Shown here piece after piece: positions 1 to 11,770 of a stretch of DNA of 64,000 bases; position 1 is the first letter of the stretch, and the number at the start of each line of letters is the position of its first letter. The translations under genes were made by a program, and so were the position numbers. The notes under the pieces were generated by a model. It saw only the letters and a list, made by a program, of their open reading frames with translations. It was not told where the DNA came from and did not search any database. Source of the DNA: Azolla caroliniana (taxonomy: Eukaryota > Plantae > Polypodiophyta); the NCBI GenBank assembly GCA_043228905.1, contig JBHGNT010000004.1:20646001-20710000 (forward strand), given 5' to 3'.

Positions 1-351
1 GGTGACTGGGTGCTCGTCTACGACAGCAGCCTCGACAACCAGCACCGAGCAACGCGGAAGTTCGCACGGAGATGGTTCGGGCCGTACACGGTACAAAGCG
101 CCAACGACAACGGGACGTATCATCTGGCGGAACTCGACGGTACGAGAATAGCGATACCCGTGGCCGGGAAGAGGATCAAAGCTTTCAAGAAGCGGCACGA
201 CGACGAACCCGACCTGATTCTCCTGGACAGCAGCGACGACCGATCCGAGGCCGAGGAAGGGCCGGCAGGCGAAGAGTTAAGGCGGGCCGGTTTTCTCCGT
301 GCCAACTTAATTTGGCGCATGCCGGTGGATGCGCGGTTAGGTGGGGGCGGA
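1..351 (+). mobile_element. Ty3/gypsy retrotransposon 3' internal end: integrase C-terminus (GPY/F module) and polypurine tract
   Basis: The frame reads GDWVLVYDSSLDNQHRATRKFARRWFGPYTVQSANDNGTYHLAELDG...GKRIKAFKKR, the typical gypsy integrase C-terminal W.GPY...Y.L segment. PPT GGTTAGGTGGGGGCGGA lies immediately before TGTCG at 352. Confidence 0.85.
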
Positions 352-1068
352 TGTCGTGAAGAAAACCGCCCACAAGAGGAATCGGAGGAACAAGGCGTGG
401 GAAACGGCTCTACACACACACGCGCGCCAAGAAGTACCTAAGGTCGAAGTAGGTACATACGAGGATCCTAGGTGGGTAGATTCGGTTGGTATGCAGTTAA
501 TGCCAAACGGCCTCTTGACGGGCTATAAAAGGAAGAGGAAGACTAGAAGTGGGGTATCTCGCGCGGAGAGGACGAAGTGCTGCCGAACCGATTTCGGAGC
601 TTCTCTCTCACTCCTGCCTTCTCTGTCTTCTGCTCCATCGCGTACCTGTGCAGGTTTCGAGGAGGCTTGCGCTGTTCCGTGGAACGCCCCGAGCGCGTCC
701 TGCAGCACCTCCGACCTGTTTTCCCTTTCTGTGCGTCGCGACATACAGGGGTCGGCATCTGTTCGCCGCCCTGTTCGTTTTCGTTAGTATCTATTTCGTG
801 CCCCACCGTGGGTTGTAATACTTTAGTCTGTTATTTTCTTGCATTCATAAGTACATATCTTTCGTTGTTGCATCCATCTGCGTCGGCGTTTATTTGTGAT
901 CTCTGTTTGTTGGGCCGTGTCCCTGTGCAATCGTCGGTTCTGCGCAATCGGATCTTCGGTTCTGTGTAATCGGGTCTCTCTCTCTTACTCCTCTCTCTCT
1001 TGCTCTTCGGTTCAAGACCCCCGTGGTCCCTCCTCCTTTCTACACGCAAGGGCGTAGCAACCCCGACA
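352..1068 (+). mobile_element. 3' LTR (TGTCG...CGACA) of the gypsy element, nested in a related non-autonomous element
   Basis: 5-bp terminal inverted repeats TGTCG/CGACA, upstream PPT, and TATA-like CTATAAAAGG at ~523. Its 3' end (CTTTCTACACGCAAGGGCGTAGCAACCCCGACA) resembles the LTR ends at 3071 and 13639. Confidence 0.85.
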
Positions 1069-3071
1069 ACGGGCTACGGTGACAAAGGAAGAAGTGGCTG
1101 ACGCGGAGGTCGGGTCTACGGCGGATGAAGGGCGTAACACGAAGCATGCACTACGGTCGGTGAAGGGCCCAAGAACGAGCATGCATCCGAGAGAGCGTCA
1201 ACGAGTGACCGGAAACGGTGGACCGATTGAGCCTTTGAGAGGCGAGGACTCGGTGGTGAACCGAGAGTGGGAGGAACCCTCCACACCTACCCGTGAGGCA
1301 TCGGCGGTCGCGGATCGAAAGGAGAACGAAGAAGCGGTGGGTGGCGACGAGGAGTTGGAGACCGACGCGGAGGTCGGGTCTACGGCGGAAGCACGACACG
1401 AGACGCATGCAATACGGCCGGTGGAGGGCCTAGACACAAGCATGCATACGGCGGATGGGCGACAACGATTGACCGACGATGACGGTCGGGTCAAGCCTTC
1501 GAGAGGCAAGCGCGGGACGAAGGACGGCGCGGCGAAACACCAAGATCGACGACATAGGCCGAGCGCGATCGGCATGAGCGGAAAGTCGTATCTAGGAAAA
1601 CGGAGGAGATGCGCGGAGAACAACGGGGTATACACCGAGAAGAGAAAGCGCGACGGCTTCCCGGAGGGCATACAAGGCCAAGCGGGCCAAGAGGGCGCAA
1701 GTCGAGGCGAGGCGATAACGAGAGCCTCGAGGGACACCGACACGGAGGTCGGGATGACGATACGCTCTACTACGAGAGAGCACGGTGAAAAAGGGGAAAG
1801 CGAACGACCGAAGCACGATGGGGTCATCGAAGGACCGAAGCACGAGCACACATTCGGAGGGCAACATCAACATACGGGGAAAGCCTACGGAAGGCAAGCA
1901 CGGAGCGGAGAGAGTCGGCACGCCGAGGTGTGCGGCACGCAAATGGCGGAATCCGGCATGCGACCGGGAGCGCATCCGGGGGATATACGAGGCAGACAAA
2001 GGAAGAGCAACCGGGTCAGCGACGGCGTTCGGGAGGACCGAACGGGGAGGAAAGCACGGGCATCGGATACAGCGGGTCGGATGTAGTCGGTGGTTCAAGG
2101 ACCCACGGTGGACATGGCGGATCGGGTGGAGGCAACGACTCGGCGAACATCGTCGAGTGTGGCGGATCGGATGGCGCCGACGGTTCGAGACCATTCGGCG
2201 AGGATGGTAGGCCGGAAGGCGGCGGTGGTTCGTGTGGACGGGGTGGTCTTGCTCGAAGTGGAAGACAAAGCCGGGCGGACCCACGAGGACGCTAAGGACT
2301 CGGTCGGTCGTCGTGGCCGAAAATCTCGTGTTCTCTCCCCTATGTTTTGGCACATACCAGAGGATGTGCGGTTAGGTGGGGGCAGATGTCGTGAAGATTT
2401 TCGTCCACAAGCGGAAACCCGAGCAACGAGAGCCAAAGAGCGATGTGCAACGTTGCACACGTACATAATGTATTTGTAATAGTAATAAAGGTATAACGGT
2501 GATGTGGTTGTACGCACATCCACGCGAGAGAGAGAGAGAGAGGTACTATGCAGTACATAGGTACCTAGTTGTTTGTGAGGAGGTGGGAGTTAAGGGGCCA
2601 TCAATCTCACCCCCCCCCCCCCCAAATCAAGGCAAATATCCCCTTTGAATGAAAGGGGATATTTTTAGTCTCACTTTTGTAAGCAGTCTTCCCTCCTTGT
2701 GCTATAAAAGGAGAGAGAAGGCACCATTGTGGGGGTGGCCTATTTTGTGTGAGTAAGGTATACCACTTAGTCAAGGGTTCTACTTCTTCCCATTTCGTTT
2801 TAGGGTTAGGGTTTCGGTTAGGGTTTTCTTCTTGGGTTTTCCTTTAGGGTTTTTCATATAGTCATTTGGTGCGGCCATGGCGGCCACCATTTGTTGTAAT
2901 CATTCATTTCTTAATAGAACTTCTTGTTGAGTATCTTGATTGCATCTTCTTCTTCTATCATAATGTCATATTCGTTCTCTTCTCCTCTTGAGCTAATCTT
3001 TCTCCTCCACTCCCTAGTCCAAGTCCCTCGTGGTCCCGCCCTTCTACACGCACGCGCGTAACAACGCGACA
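1069..3071 (+). mobile_element. 3' portion of a non-autonomous LTR element: internal region with ORF 1079-2086, PPT, and 3' LTR 2387-3071
   Basis: The ORF shares long blocks with ORF 14274-17237 (EVGST.DE.RNTK.ALR; GFPE.IQGQAGQEGASRGEA.TRASRDTDTEVG). PPT GGTTAGGTGGGGGCAGA is followed by TGTCG at 2387. The LTR ends CGCGACA at 3071 and its U5 half matches the reverse complement of LTR 13639-14180. Confidence 0.85.
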
Positions 3072-4130
3072 CCGCCGCGCCCGGTTCTCATCCAGGTCTG
3101 ACCGTGACTCCACATTGTCGGGTTCTGTTTCCTACCGCCACCATCCTTCTCACTTGGTCTCACGTTGCCACGTCGGCTCGAACTGCCGGTTTCTCCGTAT
3201 TGGTGTGAGGATTCCAGGACCGGTTCTTCCCTGCGTTCCGTTTCTCCCTATCGTCGTTGATCCCTTATTTACGCTCCCTTACCATCTCCCTTCTCTTTCG
3301 ATCTCACATTGCCATGTTGGCTTGAATTGCCGAAGTCTCAGGTCAAGGTGTGGGGTAACTGATTTCGTAACGTCTTCTGGCGACTCGTCCCAGGCCACCG
3401 ACCCTTTTAGTGGTGTCGGTGGATAGCATCCGCTCTGTGATCAATCAAGCCCCTCCTGGGCTTGATTCTCCAATGTCCGGATTTTCGGCTCCGATGCCGA
3501 TCCTGTTGAACGCGTTCCGAACCCTTGATCACCTTCCTTTTGATTCCCGACCTTCGCTCGCTCGGTCTTTCTCCCCATGTAAAAGAGGGTGGCTCGTTCC
3601 ACATCCTTTTCCGTATCAACACCTTCATGCCGATCATGGCCCCGGTCGAACAATCCACGACCGGATCGCGCTCCACCTGAATCGGAGTGTCGTGTGGTTC
3701 GGTCCCCGGTCGGGTTGTTCCTTGGTTCCTTCGTCGACCTTCTCGCGGGCCACATCCCATCCTTCTTCGCTGGCAACGTGCCAGGACTCCTCGATACCGC
3801 CATCCATCTCCTCAGTCTGACATGGGCGTAAGGGCCCGAATGCCGAGTTCTCCATAATCGGGTCCGAGGGCTTCCGTCTGCTCCTTCCTCGTATCATCTT
3901 GTCGGCAATTCTCGGTCTCACACCGCCGCCTTCCTCCTCTTGGGACTCACGTGGGCACTCGGGCCCGACTGCCATCGTCTCGAGAGCAAGTGTGGGAAGA
4001 CACGAAGAATCGCTCATCCGTTTTACACCCTTGTCCATAGCCACCGGCTCCTCGTGGTCGATGGTCGTCGCCTTACCGATCGCGCAAGCCCCGCCTGGGC
4101 TTGCTTCTCCAATGTTCGGAGTTTCGGGCT
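3072..4130 (-). mobile_element. Internal fragment of a further related non-autonomous element
   Basis: Minus ORF 3634-4044 contains PTLALETMAVGPECPRESQEEEGGG, matching the PT.ILETSVVGPESPRETGETEGGGG repeat of ORF 14274-17237. There is an internal duplicated block at ~3400-3490 and ~4040-4130. Confidence 0.65.
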
Positions 4131-5828
4131 GATGTGCCCGAAACCGCCGGTCCCGACGTTTTGATTACGCAATCAGTATCTCGGCGATCAATATCAGTGA
4201 TGAAGAGCAGTCTTCGGAGCAGGTGCCGAATGAAGCCGGAACTAAGGGAAGCCAGCCAAACAAAACTCCAGAGGAGCAACCGAAGGAGGAAAACCTGCAC
4301 ACCGGTAACCATCAATAGGAGGAGCCCAAACCAACAAAACCAGAACCGGAAGCCTCGAGACCAATAGAACCGGAGAGACTAGAGGAGTCGGAGCAGCAAC
4401 AATAGGAGTAGGAGCAGCAATAGGAGTAGTAGCAGCAACAGGAGTGGGAGCAGGAGCAGGAGCCGACGACGGAGCAGCTCCCCGATGAGCCTTTAGAACC
4501 CTTAGACCAGAGCATTCCGGACATTTTGGAGGAAGATTGAAGGGCAAACCGTGGGATTCGACGTACAAGGTACTGTCCCACGAGCGTGCCATGTGTTGAC
4601 CAGCAAAGACTTACAGGCCGGATAAAGTCCAGAATGGGAAAGGGATATTTATTTTAGAACTATCTATAATTATTATATTTTGAGAAGTGAACGGACGGAC
4701 CCGGATTCGGTATGCCGATCCGGATATGGACCAGTTCGTAGCCGATTGCCGGTTGGCACCGTTTCGTACCCAGAGTCGGTGACCTATAAAAGGACCCGGT
4801 TAGATTGTAATCAATTAGCGGTTTATTAATGAAAGTGTTAATGTTCTATATCTTGTTTAATCTTTGAAGGTTTAGTTAATTACCGTTCTCTGCTTGATAG
4901 AATCTATCTTATGTTGTCACGTTGTTACGCGTGTGCGTGTAGAAGGGGCGGGACCACAAGGGTCTCGGACAAGGGAGAAGAGGGATGCTAAGAAAACCGA
5001 CACCGGACACGACTGAACACGAGAGAGTGAGAGAGAGACAAAGGGGAGGGAAACGTGCGCGCGACGCTGACTCTTATGCACAGGAAGCAAGGGGTTGTGC
5101 TTCAGACACCACCAAATACACCAATATGCACAAATAGATATGAGTATGTATACTACAAGGGAAAGAATACATCTCCGGCTTCGAGCCGGACCAAGGTAGG
5201 TTGGGTTACATCAGCAATCTACTGCCAAGCCGCAGATCGGGGGGGAGCTCTCGGGCTCATCGCGCCAAGCGGGGGTCTTGCATAGGAGACCGAGCAGAAA
5301 CAACCCTAAATAGACACGAACTCTCAACCCACACGATGAAGAAGAAGAAGAAGAAGAAGAAACTATCCCTAAATCTAACGGTATACCCTCTAACACAAAA
5401 TGGGCAACCCCTTCACAAAGGGCACTCCCTTCCTTTTATAGAACAAGGAGAGGGATGCGTAACAATGTGGGATAAATCCCTCATTACATGGGATCCTCTG
5501 TACCGAATTAACTATTGCCAGGCGCCATGATGGGGCCCCCCTATCATTTACACGATTTGTACAAGGGTGAGTGCACATGCTCCACCCCACCGATTCTTCC
5601 GATATCCTCTGATTTCTCGTTGTGGCCCGAAATCTTCACGACAACATGTGTATTGAGATCATTAACCACGTCGACTAATAGCCGGTTAGGAATACGTTTG
5701 TATCACGGTCTACGCCTACCCCACTTGCACCACCCTTTGGTGAAGTGTCCTAGAGGGACACCCTGTGTTAGGGCTAGTCCTGCCCCAAGGAGTAACAGAT
5801 TTTACCTCGTTCGAATCGAGAATAAACA
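4130..5828 (+). mobile_element. Probable unrelated LTR remnant, interrupted by solo LTR 4915-5643
   Basis: TATA-like CCTATAAAAGG at ~4783 and LTR-like composition on both sides of the nested LTR. Termini and TSD could not be resolved. Confidence 0.35.
4915..5643 (-). mobile_element. Solo LTR of the TGTCG...CGACA family
   Basis: Starts TGTCACGTTGTTACGCGTGTGCGTGTAGAAGGGGCGGGACC (compare 13639) and ends AATCTTCACGACA (compare 18313). No adjacent PBS or PPT. The 4-bp flanks are ATGT and ACAT. Confidence 0.85.
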
Positions 5829-5829
5829 T

Positions 5830-7690
5830 TCAGCCTTCTTTTCTTCCTTTGCTATGAGTTGGCCATTCTTCTTTGTGAAACATCCTTCGTTGTTGAAACG
5901 ATCTTACATGCCTTGCTCCATGATTTGGCCGACCGAAACCAAATTCTTTGTTATTATAGGAACGTGCAAGGCATTCTTGATGAAATTTTTTTGGCCGTCG
6001 TTGCCGAATTGAACATTGTCGATGTGCCAAATGGGATGTGTGGTGTCATCTCCCGCCTCTATGTAACCGGGTCAATCCGTCTTTCTTTGGTCACGAAACC
6101 ACTCTTGGTGTGACGTCATATGATGTGAAGCGTTAGAGTCGACGAACGACACATCTTCCGAGTTAAAGGTGCTCGTGGAATCAGAGGTCGTCATAGAGTT
6201 CGTTGTATGTCTCATTACAAATAGCCCACCATTGTCATCGTATTCAGAGTTGGTGGCGTAATTTGTGAGTTGTCGGCTTGTCTAAGCTGACTCACTTTTC
6301 TTCTTTCGAGACTCCTCTGCGCGGTGGCTGATTTTGCCGTTGCAATAGTTGCAAGTAGCGGCCCTCATTTGCCGACCTTGTTTGACATGGAAGCTCCCCC
6401 CTCTTCCGAAGGTTCCTCGATGGCTTCCGACTTGTTGTTGAGGGTTTCAGTTCCCTTCGTGAGGTGGGCCGAATCGACCTCTTCTACTGCCTCAACCTCG
6501 TCCTCGTCCACCATCCGAATTGGAGAAGAACATTTGTCCTTCTGACATCTTGGTCTTGGTTCAGACGTGGTTCTCTTCAACCAATAGCATTGATTGAAGG
6601 AAAGAACGAAGGAGGGTTTTCTCTCGCTAAGATAGTCGTCCTTATCATGTCGAACCAATGTGTGAGGTTGCCCAAGCATACTTGAACCATCTCATCTTTG
6701 TCGACGTTTATGTTGATGGACCCAAGCAAGTTGCAAATGCTCTTGATCTTGGCAGTGGCGGTGTAGTTCAACACGGACATATCTTTTTGTTGTATGTTGT
6801 TCAACTCTTGCTGGAATTAAAGCTTGTGGGTGGTCATGTTGGCGGTGAAAATTTTCTTTTCTTTTGCCCACGCTTCTTTAGGCGTCTTGGCATCTCGAAT
6901 GTGTCTAAGCATGTGGTTGTGGACACATGTTGTTAAGCAATACATTACTCAACTTGCCGCTTTCTCCCATGTTGAGTAATCAATGTTCATTGGGTCGGGT
7001 CGATTTTCTTGTGCAACATTGATGTAGCTCCAATACCCTTGGCCGACTAAGTATTGGTTCAGCTTGTACTCTCAAGATGAATAATTGCTCTGGTCTACCT
7101 TTTCACTAGGGAGCGAGCTACCCATTTCTGTGTTCATGTTGATGTAGTGTTTTCCTTTTTGGCTTTTCTTCCTTCGATCACATACACGTGCTATGTAGTG
7201 GCACTACGATAACGGATAGCCAGATTTGTTGTCAGCGTCTCGAACACACTATCACGGAGAGGCGGATGGGCTTAGTGGATGTGCTAAACCACACGCTCTA
7301 ATAACATGTTAATAATTAGTTAATTAAGCAAGTGTTAATTAATGTCGAATTATGTGAGTAGTTAATCACATATGTGATTAAGCAACGGAAGATTATGTGA
7401 TGTGTGTGTGAGAGAGAGAGGAAGAGAGAGAGAGAGGAAGTTACACTTCTAAACAATAATATAAATGGGGGATGATTAACAAGAGTGTATATGAAAAAAC
7501 ATCATCAAATACAAAATTATCCACAATGAGGTATATATAGATCTTATGTGCAAGAGTACACATGTGTGACGAGAATATAGGTACAAAGATGTAAGTCCTA
7601 TATTAAATGAACTTGGTAGTGGAGGATCTAGAATGTATCCCCACTTACGTACAAGTACAAGATCCTATTTAAGGGTTTAAAAGGTCAACA
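5830..7690 (-). mobile_element. Decayed Ty1/copia 5' half: 5' LTR 7307-7690, Met-type PBS remnant, gag and protease pseudogene
   Basis: LTR reads TGTTA...CAACA on +. GCTCTAATAACA at 7295-7306 is a decayed GCTCTGATACCA (tRNA-iMet PBS). Gag starts at ~7137 (MNTEMGSSLPSEKVDQSNYSS*EYKLNQYLVGQGYW) and includes UBN2-like KIKSICNLLGSININVDKDEMVQVCLGNL. Protease motif FVDSNASHHMT at ~6115-6150. Stops and frameshifts are present. Confidence 0.85.
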
Positions 7691-7759
7691 CACTAACTAG
7701 ATTCTATCTAGGTAACTACTAAGTTACATGGTTAACTAAATGGCTAAACTAAGTTGAGC

Positions 7760-8973
7760 TTGATATCTCAACAAGGCCAATGAAGATCGAAGAGGGTGAC
7801 TGGGTGTTGGTCTATAATAACAGTCTCGATAACCAGCACAGGTCAATCCGAAAGTTCGCGAGGAGGTGGTTCGGGCTATATGTGGTGACGAGTGCCAACG
7901 ACAATGTGATGTCAACATACCACCTTGCGGAGCTCGACAAGATGAAGATCATGGTGTCGGTGGTAGGGAAGTGGATAAAGGCCTTCGAGAAGCGGCATGA
8001 GGTGGAGCCAGATCCAGAGGTAGAGGTCGGAAGCACAAACGAGGATGAGGAGCCGGATGAAGATAGGATCAGCGACGGTTCGGACGAGGACGAATAAGAA
8101 TCAATTCGGAATCTCCATTGCTTCACTACCAGGCACATGCCGGAGGATATGCAGTTTGGTGGGGGTGGATGTCGTGGAGGATTCCAGCTACTAGGAGAAA
8201 CTCACCGACTGCGTGTGAATGGGGATGTGCACGGATGCACACGAAGTAGTTGTTATGTATAAACATATGTAAATATTCATGTGCCGTTGAGTACTAGGAA
8301 GAAGTGTATAATAGGTACTTTAAAGACACACACATAGGGAGAATAATGGTGATTGATGGGAGGAAATCGAGGTGGAATCTAGGACAAAAAAGCAATTGCC
8401 TTAAGCAGCCTAATGGAACGACTGACTTCTCTCTCTCCTAGAGCTATAAAAAGGGGGGACAAGACGAAGTAAGGGATCCAGGGTTTTGGAGGTCAAAGTG
8501 TTGCCAGTTTGCGATTCCGAGCTCTGTCGATTTCTTGTGTTGTTTATCCTTCATGAGTTGGTGAGGCCTTTGCTCGCGTAGGAAGCCCGTGATCTGTATC
8601 CGTGTGTGTGCGTGTGTAGAGCTCGAAGCTCTGTCACCAGCCGAGTCTGGTTGTAACCTCCTTCTATTTTCTGGTTAATCATTAAGTTTTGTTGTCTCTC
8701 TCTGTGTTCGGAACGTCCTTGCCTCTGTTTTTTTTCTATTTACCTTCTCGTGTTCATTTGTGTCTCAAGCCCGTGTGCTCGTCCTCTGGAATCCGGCAGC
8801 AGGTCCGGATCGGATCGTAGTGAAGGCCTGTACGCCTGTGTTACGTTCAAATAATCTCTCTCTCCCTATCTCTGTCCCTCCAGCTCTTTGGTTCGAGACC
8901 CCGGTGGTCCCGTCCTAATCCGACATGTACCAACAGGATTTCCGCAACAACGTACACACGGATTTTTGCGACA
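7760..8973 (+). mobile_element. Ty3/gypsy 3' end: integrase C-terminus 7780-8097, PPT, and 3' LTR 8170-8973
   Basis: EGDWVLVYNNSLDNQHRSIRKFARRWFGLY is a paralog of 1-240. PPT TTTGGTGGGGGTGGA is followed by TGTCG at 8170. The LTR ends TTTGCGACA at 8973, where the tRNA-derived array unit (ACGCCAACTTCATATCTTG) begins. Confidence 0.8.
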
Positions 8974-9505
8974 ACGCCAACTTCATATCTTGAGTACATT
9001 GGGTATCTATGCATTTTTGCAAGTTCATATAAGCTCACATTTGGTGTGGTTGTTGGGATTCAAGCCCAACTCTGCACGACCATAGCTTGGAATTCTAACC
9101 ACTAAACTACAACCATCGCGTTTTTTAGTCTTTACGATTCGATCCTAAGTCTCCGCAACCGCAACGTGGAATTCTAACCACTAGCTGAGTATTGTCTTCC
9201 CATGTCGCATGCATAAATTCATGTATGCAATCTATATGACACATGAGCCAAGTCTCCATAAAAAAATCATGGAGAAATTCATGTCCATAAAAAACGCATG
9301 GAGCCAAGTCATCTTGGTTTGGTGTAGCCCTAACAATATTTTTTTGCTCGAAATAAATTGTTACAGTTGTTGGAATTGCCACCCACGAATCCATGTTCAC
9401 ATTCTAAATCAGCCAAGTCTCCACGACAACATTGTGGAATAGCAACTTCTTTTCTTGCATCCATCAAAAATCTAACCATTGCACAAGTTAATATAAACTC
9501 AATTT

Positions 9506-9580
9506 TGGTGTGGTTGCTAGGATTCGAACCCAAGTCTCCACGACCACAATGTGGAATTCTAACCGCTAAACTACAACCAC
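9506..9580 (-). tRNA. trnH-GUG: tRNA-His(GUG)-like copy, the best-preserved unit, probably a pseudogene
   Basis: Minus strand reads GTGGTTGTAGTTTAGCGGTTAGAATTCCACATTGTGGTCGTGGAGACTTGGGTTCGAATCCTAGCAACCACA-CCA. Perfect 7-bp acceptor stem, intact A and B boxes, GTG anticodon. There is an A31-C39 mismatch and G-T pairs in the T stem. No T4+ terminator follows immediately. Confidence 0.7.
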
Positions 9581-9890
9581 CAAGTTTGTCTCATAACAAT
9601 GATATGTTCTATCTAGACTTAATTCTATTGAAGCTCCTTCAATAAACAAATAATACTTGTTCACATATGGAGTATAACTAGATACCAAACCTTTCTGTTC
9701 CAAAAGGTTTGGTGTCCAACGAAGGTTCATCCCATGGAACAAACAAGAAGAAAGGTAATGGTTTGTCACGATCCTAATTATGTTGTTAGGATTTGAGCCC
9801 AGATCTCCACAACCACAACATGGAATTCTAATCACTAAGTACTGAATTCCCACGTTGCATGCATAAATTCATATATACACTCTATATATT

Positions 9891-10118
9891 GTGATTATTA
9901 CGTTAATCGTTTGCCCATACTGAGATCATTATATTATGCCCTTCGAGTCTACGCTCCCTTCGACTCAAAGCTTCCTGCGAGTCTGCACTCTGTTCGACTC
10001 TATGCTCCCTACAACTTTGAGGATCCTTCAAGTCCATCACCTAGCCTTCGCACCTTCTCGGCCCTTATCACCTCCCTAGTTGAAGACCCTCGTGGTCCTG
10101 CTCCAGTAGCACCTAAAC
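9891..10118 (+). mobile_element. LTR U5-like remnant of the same gypsy-related family, inside the tRNA array
   Basis: CACTCCCTAGTTGAAGACCCTCGTGGTCCTGC (~10069-10102) resembles CACTCCCTAGTCCAAGTCCCTCGTGGTCCCGC at ~3008-3040. Confidence 0.45.
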
Positions 10119-11238
10119 ACTCATCTTTTCAACAAGGGACCATGAAATGAAATGACATGCCAATTTAATACCATGCACCAATGGAAATCTAACAATGTTC
10201 ACAAGTTATTGTGAACTCAATTTCGGTGTACATATTTTGTATGAGCCAACCACAAATTCATAACTTGCATCCATTAGGAATCTAATCATATCTCATATTA
10301 ATGGTGTTTTTGTTTTTTGCAATTCCAGCCTAAGCACACAGTCATGTTTATGCGAATTGCAACCCGAACCCAAGTCTCCATAGCCTGAACAGGCCCAATG
10401 TGGAATGCTAGCTACTAAAATAAAATCATTGAAAATATGTTTTTGCTCAAAGTAAATTGTTATGGTTGTTGGGATTTGCACATACAAATCAATGTACATA
10501 TTTTGTATGAGCCAGCAACAAATTCATAACTTGCATCCATTAGGAATCTAATCACTTCCGCAAGTTGATAAAGACTCAAATTCAATGTGGTCGCTAGGAT
10601 TCAAGCCCAAGTTCCCACGACCACAACGTGGAATTCTAACCACTAAGTGTATCTCAAACATAACTATTCTGGTAGTTGGAATTTTATTCAATAAGTACTG
10701 ACTTGCCATGTCAAATGCATAAATTCATATACACTATATGACATATAACCAAGTGTTCAATAGATATGCACAAATTCATGTGCACATTTATTTTCGTGGA
10801 GATGAAGGACATGGTCGTTTTGATTTGGGAGATGATACATGGGAGCTATCCAAGGCAGCCCATCACGTTTTACCCAAGCGTCAGGTGCATCATGGACTAC
10901 TTTGGTGTCTTCAACTATTGTGTACAAAACATTTGTCAAATAGCATCACCCTAGTGGACAGTCAGGTGATGGTGAACAACTCCAGTATAGGCAGAATCAA
11001 AGGCATACGTGGAGTTTTTAGACTACTAGCCATGGTAGACAGCCTGGATATGTTGACTAGGATTTCCACCAAGATATGTAAAGATATGTATTCTCTTGAA
11101 CAACAAGAATTCTAACCACTCGCCATTCTTTTTCTCAAAATAAATTGTTACAATTGTTGGGATTTGCACCCACAAATCCATGTACACATTTCTATATCAA
11201 CCAAGTGTCCAAGTCTCTATGGTCACAATATGGAATTC

Positions 11239-11770
11239 TTTTTTTGGTAAAATCACACAATTATATTAATTGCCGGTAATAAAAAAAAACCCTATTACAA
11301 CTTGTAAGTCAACTTAACATATCTACATAGAGAGATACATATTCATATCATTACAAACCATGAATATGTCTCTCGACATCCCCTAACCTTTCTTATCAGA
11401 CCAAATGACGAATGTGATGTCCAACTAACTTACATACTTGTCTCTCTTCATGATTGAATATGCTTGTCATCTCCAACAATGAAAATTGCCATAAAAGGAA
11501 CCCCTTCAATGTCAACACATAACAGTGTACTCCCCTTTGTTCATCAAATATAAAAGCATTTCGCATATGCCAAATAAACCAAAGCCCATAATACCTCAAA
11601 TAATCCAAAATCATCTTAAAAGAAGGTGAAAGACCTCCTAATTCCACTTGTGCAAAAACCCATTTGAAGGAGATCGTATCACTCATGTCAAGGACATCCA
11701 TATTGCATTGATAAACTTCCAAACCATCTTTGTAACAGGACATGAAATAAATCGATGTCGACTGTGCTCT
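11239..11770 (-). mobile_element. 5'-truncated L1-type LINE fragment inserted into a tRNA-His unit
   Basis: Minus ORF 11396-11743 has GLWFIWHMRNAFIFD, the L1 ORF2 C-terminal W.IW..RN..IF motif. A T-run at 11238-11245 is the poly(A) end. The flanks GGAATTCT and ACACTAAACTACAACCAC rejoin into one tRNA unit. Confidence 0.7.
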
